A stretch of DNA of 64,000 nt. Source: Gemmatimonas sp. (GTDB taxonomy: Bacteria > Gemmatimonadota > Gemmatimonadetes > Gemmatimonadales > Gemmatimonadaceae). This document shows positions 47,711 through 57,447 of the stretch, in pieces (the stretch's first letter is position 1; every line of letters begins with the position of its first letter). A model generated the notes under the pieces. It had not been told where the DNA came from. It ran no database searches and saw only the letters and a list, made by a program, of their open reading frames with translations. The stretch is taken from NCBI GenBank assembly GCA_965279375.1, contig OZ257156.1, forward strand, positions 2,336,001-2,400,000, read 5' to 3'. The position numbers and the translations under genes are program-made.

Positions 47711-50152
47711 ATGACGCACCCCGACCAGAGCATTCCCGCGCCCTACGAGCCGTCCACCGTCGAGCCCCGCTGGCAGCAGCGGTGGGCCGAACGTGGCACC
47801 AACGCCGTCGATCTCGACCGCGCCGATCGTCCGTTCTATTCGCTGATGATGTTCCCGTACCCGTCGGCCGAAGGGCTGCACGTGGGGAATCTTTTCGCGT
47901 TTACCGGCAGCGACATTTCGGCGCGCTTCCATCGGCTGCAGGGCCATCAGGTGTTTCAGCCGCTCGGGTACGACGCGTTCGGCATTCACTCGGAGAACTA
48001 CGCGCTCAAGATGGGCGCGCACCCGATGGAAATGACGCCGCGCAATGTCGCGAATTTTCAGCGACAGCTCGAGCGTGCGGGGTTGATGGTGGATTGGCGG
48101 AGCAAGGTCGACACGTCGCGTCCCGACTACTACAAATGGACGCAGTGGGTCTTCCTGCAGCTCTACAAGCAGGGGCTGGCCTACAAGAAGGCGGCGGCGG
48201 TCAACTGGTGCCCCAACGACAAGACCGTGCTCGCCAACGAGCAGGTGGAAGGCGGCTTCTGTGAACGGTGTGGCGCTGCCGTCGAGCAGCGTTTTCTGGA
48301 GCAGTGGTTCTTCCGCATTTCCGACTACGCCGGTCGTCTGCTGGATAATCTCGATACGCTCGACTGGTCGGAGATCACCAAGCACGCGCAGCGCAACTGG
48401 CTGGGCCGCTCGGAGGGCGCCGAACTAACGTTCGCCATCGACGGGCGCGATGAAACGGTTCGCGTGTTCACCACGCGCGCGGACACGATTTTTGGTGCCA
48501 CGTATCTGGTGCTGGCGCCCGAGCATCCGCTCGTCGGCGCCGTCACGACCGACGCGCAGCGTGCGGCGGTGCAGGCGTATCAGGAGACGACCACCAAGCA
48601 GGACCTGATCACGCGGAAGTCGGTGAAGGACAAGACCGGCGTGTTCACGGGCGCGTACGCAATCAATCCGGCCACCGGCGCCAACGTGCCCATCTGGATC
48701 GCGGACTACGTGCTGATGGAATACGGTACCGGTGCGATCATGGCGGTGCCGGGGCACGACGAACGCGACTTCGAATTTGCGCAGGTATTCAAGCTGCCGA
48801 TCGTGCGCGTGGTGGCCGGGCCTGATGACGCAGGGGACACGCCGTTGGGCGACGCGGCCTACACCGACGACACCGGTGGACGTCTGGTGAATTCCGGCGC
48901 GTTCGACGGGCTCGCGGTGCAGGAGGCCAAGAACAAGGTCACGTCGTGGCTGGCCGAGGGCGGTCATGCGACGCCGGTGACTAACTATCGGTTGCACGAC
49001 TGGTGCATCTCGCGGCAGCGCTATTGGGGTCCGCCGATTCCGATCATTTACTGCGACGACTGCGGCACCGTGCCAGTGCCCGAGTCGCAGTTGCCGGTGG
49101 AGCTGCCGTACCTCGAAGACTTCAAGCCGGATGACTCGGGCGTGTCGCCCCTGGCCCGCGCGACCGAGTGGTATCACGTGAACTGTCCGACGTGCGGCAA
49201 GCCGGCGCGTCGCGAGACGGACGTGTCGGACACGTTCCTCGACAGCTCGTGGTACTTCCTGCGCTATCCCAGCAACACGCGCGACGACGTGCCGTTCGAT
49301 GCCACGCGCACCAAGACGTGGCTGCCGGTGAACTCGTACATCGGCGGCAACGAGCACGCCGTGCTGCATCTGCTCTACTCGCGGTTCGTGACGATGGTGC
49401 TGCACGACGGTGGACATCTGGGCTTTGAAGAGCCGTTCACCAAGTTCCGCGCGCATGGCATGATCATTCGCGAAGGCGCGAAGATGTCCAAGTCGAAGGG
49501 GAACGTGATCAACCCCGACGTCTACATGGAAGAGTGGGGCGCCGACGCGTTCCGCATGTATCTCATGTTCCTCGGGCCGTACGAAGAAGGCGGCGACTTC
49601 CGCGACGCAGGCATCAGCGGCGTGCGTCGGTTCCTCGAGCGGCTCTGGAGCTCGGTGCGCGATTGCACGACGGACGGCACGGCCGACGCCGATGTGCTTC
49701 GCAAGCTGCACCGCACGATCAAGAAGGTGGGCGATGACACCGCGCGCCTGAGCTACAACACGGCCATCGCGGCGATGATGGAGTATCTCAATGCGGTCCG
49801 TCGTGGCGAGCGTACCGCGCATCGCGACGAAGTGTTGCCGTTGGTGCAGCTCGCGGCGCCTTTCGCACCGCATCTCGCCGAAGAGTGCTGGAGCACGCTC
49901 GGACACACCGCGAGCGTGTTTAACTCAGGGTGGCCGTCGTTCGACCCGGCCATGCTGGTGGACGATTCCATCGAGCTGGTCGTGCAGGTCAACGGCAAGG
50001 TGCGCGGCAAGGTGACGGTGGCGACCGATGTCTCACAGGACGACGCGATGGCCATTGCGATGGCCGACGCCAACATCGCCAAATTCGTCGTGGGCGAGAT
50101 CAAGAAGGTCATCTTCGTGCCCAAGCGGTTGCTCAACATTGTCGTGGGGTGA
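47711..50152 (+). CDS. leuS: Leucine--tRNA ligase
   Basis: MFPYPS..LHVGN (HIGH-like), TVLANEQV, CP1 editing VFTTR / GTGAIMAVPGHDERD, WCISRQRYWG, KMSKS, VQVNGK. Confidence 0.97.
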   Translation: MTHPDQSIPAPYEPSTVEPRWQQRWAERGTNAVDLDRADRPFYSLMMFPYPSAEGLHVGNLFAFTGSDISARFHRLQGHQVFQPLGYDAFGIHSENYALKMGAHPMEMTPRNVANFQRQLERAGLMVDWRSKVDTSRPDYYKWTQWVFLQLYKQGLAYKKAAAVNWCPNDKTVLANEQVEGGFCERCGAAVEQRFLEQWFFRISDYAGRLLDNLDTLDWSEITKHAQRNWLGRSEGAELTFAIDGRDETVRVFTTRADTIFGATYLVLAPEHPLVGAVTTDAQRAAVQAYQETTTKQDLITRKSVKDKTGVFTGAYAINPATGANVPIWIADYVLMEYGTGAIMAVPGHDERDFEFAQVFKLPIVRVVAGPDDAGDTPLGDAAYTDDTGGRLVNSGAFDGLAVQEAKNKVTSWLAEGGHATPVTNYRLHDWCISRQRYWGPPIPIIYCDDCGTVPVPESQLPVELPYLEDFKPDDSGVSPLARATEWYHVNCPTCGKPARRETDVSDTFLDSSWYFLRYPSNTRDDVPFDATRTKTWLPVNSYIGGNEHAVLHLLYSRFVTMVLHDGGHLGFEEPFTKFRAHGMIIREGAKMSKSKGNVINPDVYMEEWGADAFRMYLMFLGPYEEGGDFRDAGISGVRRFLERLWSSVRDCTTDGTADADVLRKLHRTIKKVGDDTARLSYNTAIAAMMEYLNAVRRGERTAHRDEVLPLVQLAAPFAPHLAEECWSTLGHTASVFNSGWPSFDPAMLVDDSIELVVQVNGKVRGKVTVATDVSQDDAMAIAMADANIAKFVVGEIKKVIFVPKRLLNIVVG

Positions 50153-50159
50153 TGGAGGC

Positions 50160-51491
50160 TTGACCCTCCGTCGCTCGCTGGGCACGCTGTCCCTCGCCGC
50201 CGTGATGTTTTTCAACACATCCGGCGGCGCATTCTCGATGGAAGGGTTGGTGCAGTCGGTCGGGCCTGGCGTGGCGCTGCTGTTGCTCGTGCTCGTGCCG
50301 ATCTTCTGGAGCATCCCCGAAACACTGCTCGTCGCCGAACTCGCGAGCATGATGCCCGAAGAGGGCGGCTACTATCGCTGGGTGCGGCGCGCCTTCGGAC
50401 CGTTCTGGGCGTTTCAGAACGGCTGGTGGACGTGGTGCTATTCGCTGGTGGACATGGCGATCTACCCGGTGCTGTTCAATCAGTACCTCGCCTACTTCTT
50501 TCCCGGCCTCTCGCAGGGTGCCACGTGGCTGCTCTCGCTGGCGATGATCTGGGGGGCGACGCTGATCAACCTGCGTGGCGCGGCGCGCGTGGGGCAGGTG
50601 TCGGTCGTCGCGGCGTGCCTCATTCTCGCCACCTTTCTGGGCATCACGCTCACCGCGCTGCCGCGCATGACACACGTGCCGTGGGCCCCGTTTGCGCACG
50701 AGGGGCAAACGTCGGTCGATGCGCTGGGCGTCGGACTCTCCGTCGTGCTCTGGAACTACCTTGGCTGGGACAACGCCAGCACCGTGGGTGGCGAGATCAA
50801 GAACGCCGATCGCACGTATCCGCGTGCACTCGCGCTGGCCCTCGCGACGGTAACGGCTGGTTACCTGCTGCCCGTGACCACCACGCTTGCCGCGACCGAC
50901 TGGACGACGTGGCGCGAAGGCGGCTGGGCGTCTATCGCGCTGAGCAGCGGTGGCGCGGCCGGACCGGTGCTGGCATTTGCGGTGAGTGCAGCCGGTGTGA
51001 TCAGCGCGATCGCACTGTTCAACGCGCTGCTCATGGCGTACTCGCGCATTCCGCTCGCGATGGCACAGGACCGACTGCTGCCGAGTGCGTTGGCGCAGCT
51101 CGATGCGCGCGGCAATCCGAGTCGCGCGATTCTGGTCTCGGCCGTTTGTTACTCCATCTTCGCGTTGCTGCCCTTCGCACAGCTCGTGGTGGCCGATGTG
51201 CTGCTCTATTCGCTGGCGTTGGCGCTCGAGTTCGGTGCGCTCATCATGCTTCGGCGTCGCGAGCCTACACTGCGCGGCTCGTTCCGCCTTCCGCTCGGCG
51301 TTGCTGGCGTGACGCTGCTTGCCGCCTCGCCGATGTGCATTCTGCTGCTGACGGTGTGGCTGGCGTTTCGCGGCGGGGAGCTCGGCGCGACGGCGGTCCT
51401 CGGGGCGGGCGTAGCGGCGGCGCTGGGGCCTCTGCTCTATCGGCTCACGCCGTACGCGCGGGCGCGGACGGCAGCGCTCGACGCGACCTGA
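50160..51491 (+). CDS. APC family amino acid/polyamine permease
   Basis: SGGAFSME, AELASMMPEEGGYYRWV, LWNYLGWD, GGEIKN; about 12 TM. Start (TTG 50160) uncertain. Confidence 0.88.
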   Translation: MTLRRSLGTLSLAAVMFFNTSGGAFSMEGLVQSVGPGVALLLLVLVPIFWSIPETLLVAELASMMPEEGGYYRWVRRAFGPFWAFQNGWWTWCYSLVDMAIYPVLFNQYLAYFFPGLSQGATWLLSLAMIWGATLINLRGAARVGQVSVVAACLILATFLGITLTALPRMTHVPWAPFAHEGQTSVDALGVGLSVVLWNYLGWDNASTVGGEIKNADRTYPRALALALATVTAGYLLPVTTTLAATDWTTWREGGWASIALSSGGAAGPVLAFAVSAAGVISAIALFNALLMAYSRIPLAMAQDRLLPSALAQLDARGNPSRAILVSAVCYSIFALLPFAQLVVADVLLYSLALALEFGALIMLRRREPTLRGSFRLPLGVAGVTLLAASPMCILLLTVWLAFRGGELGATAVLGAGVAAALGPLLYRLTPYARARTAALDAT

Positions 51492-51551
51492 GGAAACCCT
51501 AGGCCGCGGCGCTGTGTCGGATGGTCGTCACCCTCTGAACGAGACCAGACC

Positions 51552-52808
51552 ATGCGATCCACGCTGCATACCACGGCGCTGTCCGCGTCGCTCCTGTTGC
51601 CCACGCTGTTCCTGCCTTCGCTGCGCGCCCTCGACGCGCAGTCAGATTCGTCCCGCACGCGCGAGCCCGCCGACGTCCGCATCGAGCGGCTGCCCACCGG
51701 CGTTTTGTTCAGCATGGGTGCGAGCAACCGCGCGATGCTTGGCGTCACGCTCTCCGGCGATACGCGTGCCGACAGCAATGGCGTACACATCGACGGCGTG
51801 CGAGAGAACGGACCGGCGGCCAAGGCCGGGCTCAAGGTCGGCGATGTGCTCACAGAGATCAACGGTACGAGCCTGCGGCTGAGTGCCGCCGATGCGGCAG
51901 ATCCCGCGCTTGACGGGTTGGCGCAGCGCCGACTGCAGCGGGTGCTCGGCAAGGCCAAGCCGGGCGACGAGATCGAGCTGCGCGTGCAGAGCGGCGGGAG
52001 CTCACGTACCGTCAAGCTCAAGGCGACGTCCTCGGCGGAGCTGGAGGGGCTGACCGAGCGGCGCGTCGGGAGCACGCGGAACTCGCGCGATCGCGCCGCG
52101 ATCGGAGTGTCGGTGGGCGGCAGCGGCAGCATGCGCGACACGCTGGGTCTTTTCATTTCCTCGGTGGTGGCGAAGGGGCCGGCCGAGTCGGCGGGGATTG
52201 TGGAGGGGGAGCGGATCGCCGCGGTGAATGGCGTGGATGTGCGGCTGCCGCGTGAGGATGCGGAGGACGCGCGGTCGGTGGAGGCGCGGGTCGACCGCTT
52301 TGTGCGCGAGGTCCAGAAGGGGGAGGCCGGAGCGACATTGACGCTCCGCGTGTACGGCGGCGGGCGCTATCGCGAGGTGTCGGTGAAGACCGTGGCCGCG
52401 TCCACGCTCCCGTCGCAGGGCTTCCGGTTCAACGTCGGTGATGGTGGGGACGTCCGCGTCTTCTCTGGCCCCGGGCAGATGGAGTTGTCGCGTGTGCCCA
52501 TGCCGCCCCGCTCGCCCGACGCGCCCCGCGCCCCCAATGCTCCCCGGGCCCCGCGACCGCCGCAGGTCTTCGAGTTCGACACACGGGTCGATGGAGGGAA
52601 TGGTCGAGTTCGCATCAATACAGGCGATGGGGTCCGCGAGATCACCATCGAACGTGAGGCGATCGAGCGCGCGATGGACGAAGTGCGCCGGAGCCTACAG
52701 GGGATGGGGCAGGACTTCCGGCTGCGGCTGCGGGAGGATGGCCAGCGGACGTTGCAGGGCTTGCCGCAAGTACGCGTGATGCCGCGCCGGACCGTCACGA
52801 TCCTGTAG
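51552..52808 (+). CDS. Exported tandem-PDZ protein
   Basis: Signal peptide; two PDZ domains (MLGV...GPAAKAGLKVGD; AIGV...GPAESAGIVEGE); Pro/Arg linker; no protease triad seen. Confidence 0.85.
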   Translation: MRSTLHTTALSASLLLPTLFLPSLRALDAQSDSSRTREPADVRIERLPTGVLFSMGASNRAMLGVTLSGDTRADSNGVHIDGVRENGPAAKAGLKVGDVLTEINGTSLRLSAADAADPALDGLAQRRLQRVLGKAKPGDEIELRVQSGGSSRTVKLKATSSAELEGLTERRVGSTRNSRDRAAIGVSVGGSGSMRDTLGLFISSVVAKGPAESAGIVEGERIAAVNGVDVRLPREDAEDARSVEARVDRFVREVQKGEAGATLTLRVYGGGRYREVSVKTVAASTLPSQGFRFNVGDGGDVRVFSGPGQMELSRVPMPPRSPDAPRAPNAPRAPRPPQVFEFDTRVDGGNGRVRINTGDGVREITIEREAIERAMDEVRRSLQGMGQDFRLRLREDGQRTLQGLPQVRVMPRRTVTIL

Positions 52809-52830
52809 CTCGCGCAGCGATTGCTCCAGG

Positions 52831-52854
52831 CGGGACGACGGCACCGTCGTCCCG
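52831..52854 (+). terminator. Hairpin after the PDZ gene
   Basis: CGGGACGACG-GCAC-CGTCGTCCCG; no U-tract. Confidence 0.45.
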
Positions 52855-53027
52855 GGCGGACGCGACAACGAAACCTCGTCTGAGGGCGTTATGTTCACAC
52901 ACGCATAACGCCATCTCCCAACATGGCGCGCCACGCCCCGACCTCTTCTGGAGACGCGGGGCCGGCGCGCTCTTCCGTTCAGACGTTCGCCCCGCGAATG
53001 CCCTTCTTTTCGATCGGGACGCGCCAC

Positions 53028-54269
53028 GTGCGCCTCCCCCATAGATCTTCCCGGTCCGGCCTCGTCGCCGTGTCCGCCCTGCTGGCACTCTCGGCATGCA
53101 AGGAAAAGACGCGTCCACCGCGTCCCGCGCCCGTCGTCGCCATCGATACCGTTGTGAGCGGGCCGCTCCCGTACGTGGTGACGGCCAATGGCGAGGTGGA
53201 GCCCAACCGCACCGTCGCCGTGCAGTCGCAGGTGTCCGGGATGCTCACCCGCGTCGCGATCACCGAAGGCGATGAGGTCTCGGAGGGACAGGTGCTCTTC
53301 CAGATCGACCCGCGTCCCTTCCGCGCCGAAGTCGATCGCGTGTCCAGCACGCTGGCGCGAGACCAGGCCACGTTGGCGCGTGCCCGGGGTGACTCGGTGC
53401 GCTTTGCGGCGTTGGCCAAGGACGGCTACGTGACGCGACAGCAGCTCGATCAGACCTTTGCCGAAGCCACATCGCTTGCGGCAACGGTGGCGGCCGGTAC
53501 GGCGTCGCTCGAAGCGGCCAAGATCGCGCTCGAAAACACGACCGTGCGCGCGCCTATTTCCGGCCGCACCGGTCAGCTCGCCATCAAGGCCGGCAATCTC
53601 GTGCGGGCGCAGGCCGATCCGCCGCTCGTGCGCATCAACGAACTGCGTCCGGTGCTGGTGCGCTTCAGCGTGCAGGAGCGCGATTTCGAGGAAATGCGCA
53701 AGCGCGCTGGACTCGACAAGCCGCTTCCGGTGAAGGTGACGCCGTCCGGTGGAGATTCCACGCGCACGGTGACGGGCACGCTGACGTTCATCGACAACGT
53801 CGTCGATCGAGCGACGGGCACCGTGTTGCTCAAGGCGCGGGTGGCCAACGAATCACGCGCCCTCTGGCCGGGGCAGTTCGTGAGCGTCGGCCTCGAGCTC
53901 AGCGTGGACAGTCAGGCGGTCACGGTCCCCTCGGTCGCGGTGGTGACGACGGCGGCGGGCTCGTTCGTGTACGTGGTGGGTGACAGCTCGAAGGCGAAGC
54001 GTCTGCCGGTGAAGGTGGGGCGTCAGTACGGTCAGCTCAGCAAGATCGACAGCGGGCTGGTGGGTGGTGAGCAGTTGATCGTGGATGGTCAGACGCGACT
54101 CAACGATGGCTCCAAGATCGAGATTCGCGGCATCCCGACGGCCGGCGGTCGCGGTGGTCGCGGTGGTCGGTCGGGACGCGGTGGCAACGGGCAGGCGGGC
54201 GGCAGCGGCGCAGGCCGGGCCGGCAACGGCGCAGGCGGCAAGCGCCCATCAGGAGGAAGCACGCAATGA
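53028..54269 (+). CDS. RND efflux periplasmic adaptor (MdtA-like lipoprotein)
   Basis: Lipobox LSAC, SQVSG, LFQIDPRPF, VRAPISGRTG, DNVVDRATGT, LWPGQFV; Gly-rich tail. Start approximate. Confidence 0.92.
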   Translation: MRLPHRSSRSGLVAVSALLALSACKEKTRPPRPAPVVAIDTVVSGPLPYVVTANGEVEPNRTVAVQSQVSGMLTRVAITEGDEVSEGQVLFQIDPRPFRAEVDRVSSTLARDQATLARARGDSVRFAALAKDGYVTRQQLDQTFAEATSLAATVAAGTASLEAAKIALENTTVRAPISGRTGQLAIKAGNLVRAQADPPLVRINELRPVLVRFSVQERDFEEMRKRAGLDKPLPVKVTPSGGDSTRTVTGTLTFIDNVVDRATGTVLLKARVANESRALWPGQFVSVGLELSVDSQAVTVPSVAVVTTAAGSFVYVVGDSSKAKRLPVKVGRQYGQLSKIDSGLVGGEQLIVDGQTRLNDGSKIEIRGIPTAGGRGGRGGRSGRGGNGQAGGSGAGRAGNGAGGKRPSGGSTQ

Positions 54270-57200
54270 ACCTGAGTGCGATCTGGATCAAGCGGCCGGT
54301 CATGACCACGTTGGTCATGATCGGCATTCTCGTCTTCGGCGTCCTGGCGTACCAGAAGTTGCCGGTGAGCGACCTGCCGACGATCGATTATCCGACCATC
54401 ACGGTTTCGGCCAACCTGCCGGGGGCGAGCCCGGAGGTCATGGCCACCTCCGTTGCCACGCCGCTCGAACAGGCGTTCACGACGGTTTCGGGCATCGACA
54501 ACATCACCTCGTCGAGCTCGCAGGGCAGCACCAACGTCACGCTGCAGTTCAACCTCGATCGCGACATCGACAAGGCCGCGGCCGACGTACAGTCCGCGAT
54601 TTCGAAGACGCTGCGTCAGCTTCCGCAGGGCATCAATCCGCCGTCGTACAACAAGGCGAACGGCGCCGACATGCCCATCATGATGTACAGCCTCAACTCC
54701 GACCAGCTCTCACGCGTCGAGTTGAACGAGTACGCGGAAACCTTCATCGCGCAGCGCCTCTCCACGGTGACGGGCGTGGCGCAGGTTCAGGTCTACGGTT
54801 CGGCCAAGTACGCAGTGCGCGTGCAGCTCGATCCCAACGCCATGAAGGCACGTGGCATCGGTATCGACGAAGTGCAGCAGGCGATTAACCAGGGCAACTC
54901 GAACACGCCCGCGGGCATCCTGATGGGGCCCAACCAGTCGTTCACGCTCCAGGCCTCGGGACAGCTCAAGAACGCGACGCAGTTCCGCGCGCTCGTGGTG
55001 GCCTACCGCAATGGCGCGCCGGTGCGCTTGGGCGACCTCGGCAACGTGATCGACGGCCTGCAGAATACGCGCGGCATGAGTGAGCTCAACGGCCGCTCCA
55101 ACATCGCGCTGGCCATCATCCGGCAGCCCGGCGTGAATACGGTGCAGGTATCGGAAGGCGTGCAGGCGGTCATGGAATCACTGATCCCGCAGCTGCCGCC
55201 CAGCGTGCAGGTCGAGACGATCTTCGATCGGGCCGTGTCGATCAAGCATTCCGTGGACGACGTGAAGTTCACGCTGCTGCTGACGCTCGCGCTGGTCGTC
55301 ATGGTGATCTTCCTGTTCCTGCGCAACGTGCGCGCGACGATCATTCCGTCGCTGGCGCTGCCGTTCTCGCTGGTGGGCACCTGCACGATCATGTGGATGC
55401 TCGACTACAGCCTCGACAACCTGTCGTTGATGGCGCTCACACTCGCCGTCGGCTTTGTCGTGGACGACGCGATCGTGATGCTCGAGAACATCGTGCGTCA
55501 CCTCGAGAAGGGGAAAACGCCGCTGCAGGCCGCACTGGATGGCTCCAAGGAGATCAGCTTCACGATTCTCTCCATGACGCTGTCGCTGGTGGCCGTGTTC
55601 ATCCCGCTGCTCTTCATGCCGGGACTCGTTGGCCGTCTGTTCCGCGAGTTCGCCGTCACGATCGGCGTCGCGATTCTCGTCTCCGGCTTCGTCTCGCTCA
55701 CGCTCACGCCGATGCTCTGCGCGCGTTTCCTGCGCGCTGAAGACGCACACACCGATGCGAACGGCAAGTGGCGCTCGGTCGAACGACTCTACCAGAAGAC
55801 CGAAGGCGGCTACGTTCGTTCGCTCGGTTGGGTGATGAATCACCGCGGGCTGACGATGGCGTTCAGCGCGCTCATGATGGCGCTCACGGTCGGCCTGTTC
55901 ATGTACATCCCGAAGGGCTTCCTGCCCTCGGAAGACACCGGCCGCCTCTCGGGTTCCATCGAAGCGCCCGAGGGCGTGGGCTTCGATGCGCTCGCCGCGA
56001 AAGTCCGCGAAGTCGCGCTGATCGTGCAGAAGGATCCGAACGTGAAGTTCGTGCTCGGCTCCGTCGGTGGCGGTGGTCCGGGCGGCGGCGGTGGCAACAG
56101 CGGCCGTCTTCAGCTCACGCTCAACGATCGCAGCACGCGTCCGCACGTCGATGAAGTGATGCGCCAGCTCACGCGCGCCACATCCAAGGTGCCGGGCGTG
56201 CAGGTGTTCTTCCGCAACAGCCCGCCGATCAACATCGGTGGTCGTCGCGGCAACAGCGCCTACCAGATTTCACTGCAGGCCGCAGACATCGCGTTGCTCT
56301 ACACATCGGCCCGTCAGCTCGAGGCCCGCATGCGCGACCTGCCCGAGCTCGAAAACATCTCGAGCGACTTGCAGGTCGGCAATCCGCAGGTCGGCATCGA
56401 AATCGATCGCGAGCGTGCGTCGGCGCTGGGCGTTACCGCCGCACAGATCGAACAGGCACTCTATAACGCGTACGGCTCGCGTCAGGTCTCCACGATCTAC
56501 ACGCAGACCAATCAGTACTGGGTGATGCTCGAACTCGAGCCGCAGTACCAGACCGATCCGGCCGCGCTCAGTCAGCTCTTCATTCGCTCGAATACGGGCA
56601 ACCTCATCGAGCTCGGCTCGGTGGCGAAGTTCACCAAGGGCGTCGGTCCGCAGACGATTCAGCACAACGGCCAGCTGCCGTCGGTGTCGATCTCGTTCAA
56701 CACGCGTCCCAACGTTGCCCTCGGTACGGCGGTCGACGCGGTGCAGCGTGAAGCGCGCGCCGTGCTGCCGTCGGACGTGAGCACGGCGCTCTCCGGCGAC
56801 ACGCAGGCGTTCGCGCAGGCACAGAGCGGACTGCTCGCGCTGCTCTTCGTCGCGATCTTCGTCATCTACGTCGTACTCGGCATTCTGTACGAGAGCTTCC
56901 TGCACCCGCTCACGATCCTTTCCGGATTGCCGTTCGCCGCGGTCGGTGCGCTGATCACGCTGCTGATCTTCGGCAAGGATCTCAGCGTGTACTCGTACGT
57001 CGGCATCATCATGCTGATCGGTCTGGTGAAGAAGAACGCCATCATGATGATCGACTTCGCCATCGAGGCGGAGCGCGATCACGGCATGTCGGCGCACGAC
57101 GCCATCATGGAAGCCGCGCGCGTGCGCTTCCGTCCGATCACCATGACCACAATGGCCGCGCTCATGGGCACGTTGCCGATCGCCGTTGGCTTTGGTGCCG

Positions 57201-57391
57201 GCGCGGAGTCGCGGCAGCCGCTCGGTCTCGCGGTGGTTGGTGGTCTGGCGTTCTCGCAGCTGATCACGCTGTACGTCACGCCCGTCGTCTACACGTATCT
57301 GGACGGCATCAAGTCCCGCCGCGAACAGCGCGCCAAGCGCAGCGCCACGCAGGGGCAGGGCATCGGCGCGGTTCCCGCACTCGGCGACTGA
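54266..57391 (+). CDS. RND efflux permease (MdtB/MdtC-like)
   Basis: ATGA overlap; IKRPVMT, VATPLE, GFVVDDAIVMLENI, GLVKKNAIMMIDFA, RFRPITMT. Confidence 0.95.
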   Translation: MNLSAIWIKRPVMTTLVMIGILVFGVLAYQKLPVSDLPTIDYPTITVSANLPGASPEVMATSVATPLEQAFTTVSGIDNITSSSSQGSTNVTLQFNLDRDIDKAAADVQSAISKTLRQLPQGINPPSYNKANGADMPIMMYSLNSDQLSRVELNEYAETFIAQRLSTVTGVAQVQVYGSAKYAVRVQLDPNAMKARGIGIDEVQQAINQGNSNTPAGILMGPNQSFTLQASGQLKNATQFRALVVAYRNGAPVRLGDLGNVIDGLQNTRGMSELNGRSNIALAIIRQPGVNTVQVSEGVQAVMESLIPQLPPSVQVETIFDRAVSIKHSVDDVKFTLLLTLALVVMVIFLFLRNVRATIIPSLALPFSLVGTCTIMWMLDYSLDNLSLMALTLAVGFVVDDAIVMLENIVRHLEKGKTPLQAALDGSKEISFTILSMTLSLVAVFIPLLFMPGLVGRLFREFAVTIGVAILVSGFVSLTLTPMLCARFLRAEDAHTDANGKWRSVERLYQKTEGGYVRSLGWVMNHRGLTMAFSALMMALTVGLFMYIPKGFLPSEDTGRLSGSIEAPEGVGFDALAAKVREVALIVQKDPNVKFVLGSVGGGGPGGGGGNSGRLQLTLNDRSTRPHVDEVMRQLTRATSKVPGVQVFFRNSPPINIGGRRGNSAYQISLQAADIALLYTSARQLEARMRDLPELENISSDLQVGNPQVGIEIDRERASALGVTAAQIEQALYNAYGSRQVSTIYTQTNQYWVMLELEPQYQTDPAALSQLFIRSNTGNLIELGSVAKFTKGVGPQTIQHNGQLPSVSISFNTRPNVALGTAVDAVQREARAVLPSDVSTALSGDTQAFAQAQSGLLALLFVAIFVIYVVLGILYESFLHPLTILSGLPFAAVGALITLLIFGKDLSVYSYVGIIMLIGLVKKNAIMMIDFAIEAERDHGMSAHDAIMEAARVRFRPITMTTMAALMGTLPIAVGFGAGAESRQPLGLAVVGGLAFSQLITLYVTPVVYTYLDGIKSRREQRAKRSATQGQGIGAVPALGD

Positions 57392-57402
57392 CGCATTCGC
57401 AC

Positions 57403-57435
57403 GGCAGTGAGCAGGAATACCGCCTGCTCACTGCC
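57403..57435. terminator. Hairpin between convergent RND and kinase genes
   Basis: Perfect 13-bp stem GGCAGTGAGCAGG / CCTGCTCACTGCC. Confidence 0.7.
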
Positions 57436-57447
57436 CGCGTGTTGGAC

